DNA from: Marsupella aquatica
Lineage: Eukaryota > Plantae > Marchantiophyta
Assembly: GCA_973895155.1 (NCBI GenBank)
Contig: OZ316892.1
Span: 8,670,048-8,734,047, forward strand
Reading direction: 5' to 3'
DNA length: 64,000 bases
Below the pieces are notes generated by a model that saw only the letters and a program-made list of their open reading frames with translations, ran no database searches and was not told where the DNA came from. Below are positions 63,056-64,000 of this stretch, one piece after another; the first letter of the stretch is position 1; each line of letters opens with the position of its first letter. The position numbers and the translations under genes were made by a program.

Positions 63056-64000
63056 CTAGCCCCATGCACGTGCATTGCACAAAAGATGTCAAGGCGAGGC
63101 AAGATGTCGAGGAGAGGCAAAGATGTGGAGGCGAGGGAAAGATGTCGAGGAGAGTCAATGATGTCAAGAAGAGGCAAAGATATCAAGGAGAGGGCAACAT
63201 GTCAAAGTGAAATAAGATGTCAAGGTGAGAAAAAGATGTAAAGATAAGGAAAAGATGTTGGGAAGAGAAAAGATATCGAGGGTGAGGGAAAGATATCAAG
63301 GAAAGTCAATGATGTCAAGGAGAGAGCAACATGTCAAGGAGAGCCAAAGATGTTGAGATGAGAAAAGATGTCAAGGTGACAACAAGACATAAAGATAAGG
63401 AAAAGATGTTGGGGAGAGAAAAGATGTTTGAGGGTGAGGGAAGATGTCGCGGTGAGATAAGAGGTCAACGTGAGTAAAACATGCTAGGGTGAGGCAAAAA
63501 TGTTGAGGCGAGGGCAAGATGTTAAGGTGAGCAAGATCTCGAGGTGAAGAAAAGATAGGGAAGTGAGAGAAAGATATTGAGACAAGAGCAAGATGTCAAG
63601 GAGAGGCAAAGATAAGGAGGTGAGATAAAGATATTGAGGTGAAAACAGATGTTGATGAAAGAAATGGATGTTGAGGTGAGAAAAAGAAATCAAGGTGAGA
63701 AAAAGAGGTAAAGGAGAGAAAAGATGACAAGGTGAGAAAAAGATGTAAAGATGAAGAAAATATATTAAGGGTGACGGAAAGATATTGTAATGAGATAAAG
63801 CTGTCAAGGTGAGCAAAAGATAGGATGTCGAGTCGAGGAAAAGATGTCAAACCAGGTGGTGAAAAAGATCTCAAGGAAAGAAAAGATGTCAAAGGTGAGA
63901 AAAAATGTCATTGTGAGATTAAGATGTCAATGTGAGAAAAAACGACGAGATGAGATAAAGATGTAAAGGTAAAGTTGTCGTGGTGGTGTTTAATAACTTA
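63056..64000 (-). mobile_element. Third, diverged Helitron-like element with an AAGATGTCAAGG array, running towards the window edge
   Basis: Minus-strand end GTGCAATGCACGTGCATGGGGCTAG|T, joined to the same TTGCACAAAAGATGTC junction and a ~19-bp degenerate repeat array. Confidence 0.55.

Overview
Eukaryotic nuclear DNA from a land plant, probably a bryophyte/liverwort (inference from plant-type TyrRS, MRT4, SPCS3 and BAHD genes and from the repeat landscape). The main find is a complete 9,767-bp Kolobok-type DNA transposon at 9888-19654, with perfect 15-bp TIRs and a TTAA target duplication. It carries an intact 8-exon DDE transposase containing a SAP-like insert, a convergent KolX/P2X7-ballast-like gene, and decayed host-gene cargo. 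Next comes a divergent pair of intronless, fungal-looking enzyme genes (ATP-grasp ligase and HSL-family esterase), about 3.7 kb from an N-terminally extended BAHD acyltransferase. Together these three form a candidate HGT-seeded metabolic cluster. The rest of the window holds three housekeeping genes (SPCS3, MRT4, cytosolic TyrRS), three non-autonomous Helitron-like ends with AAGATGTC satellite arrays, two solo LTRs with 5-bp TSDs (one nested in a tRNA-derived SINE), a long orphan retroelement-like ORF and many short tandem duplications. Exon boundaries were read by hand from GT/AG sites and checked for frame. Family assignments come from motif recognition only; no database searches were run.
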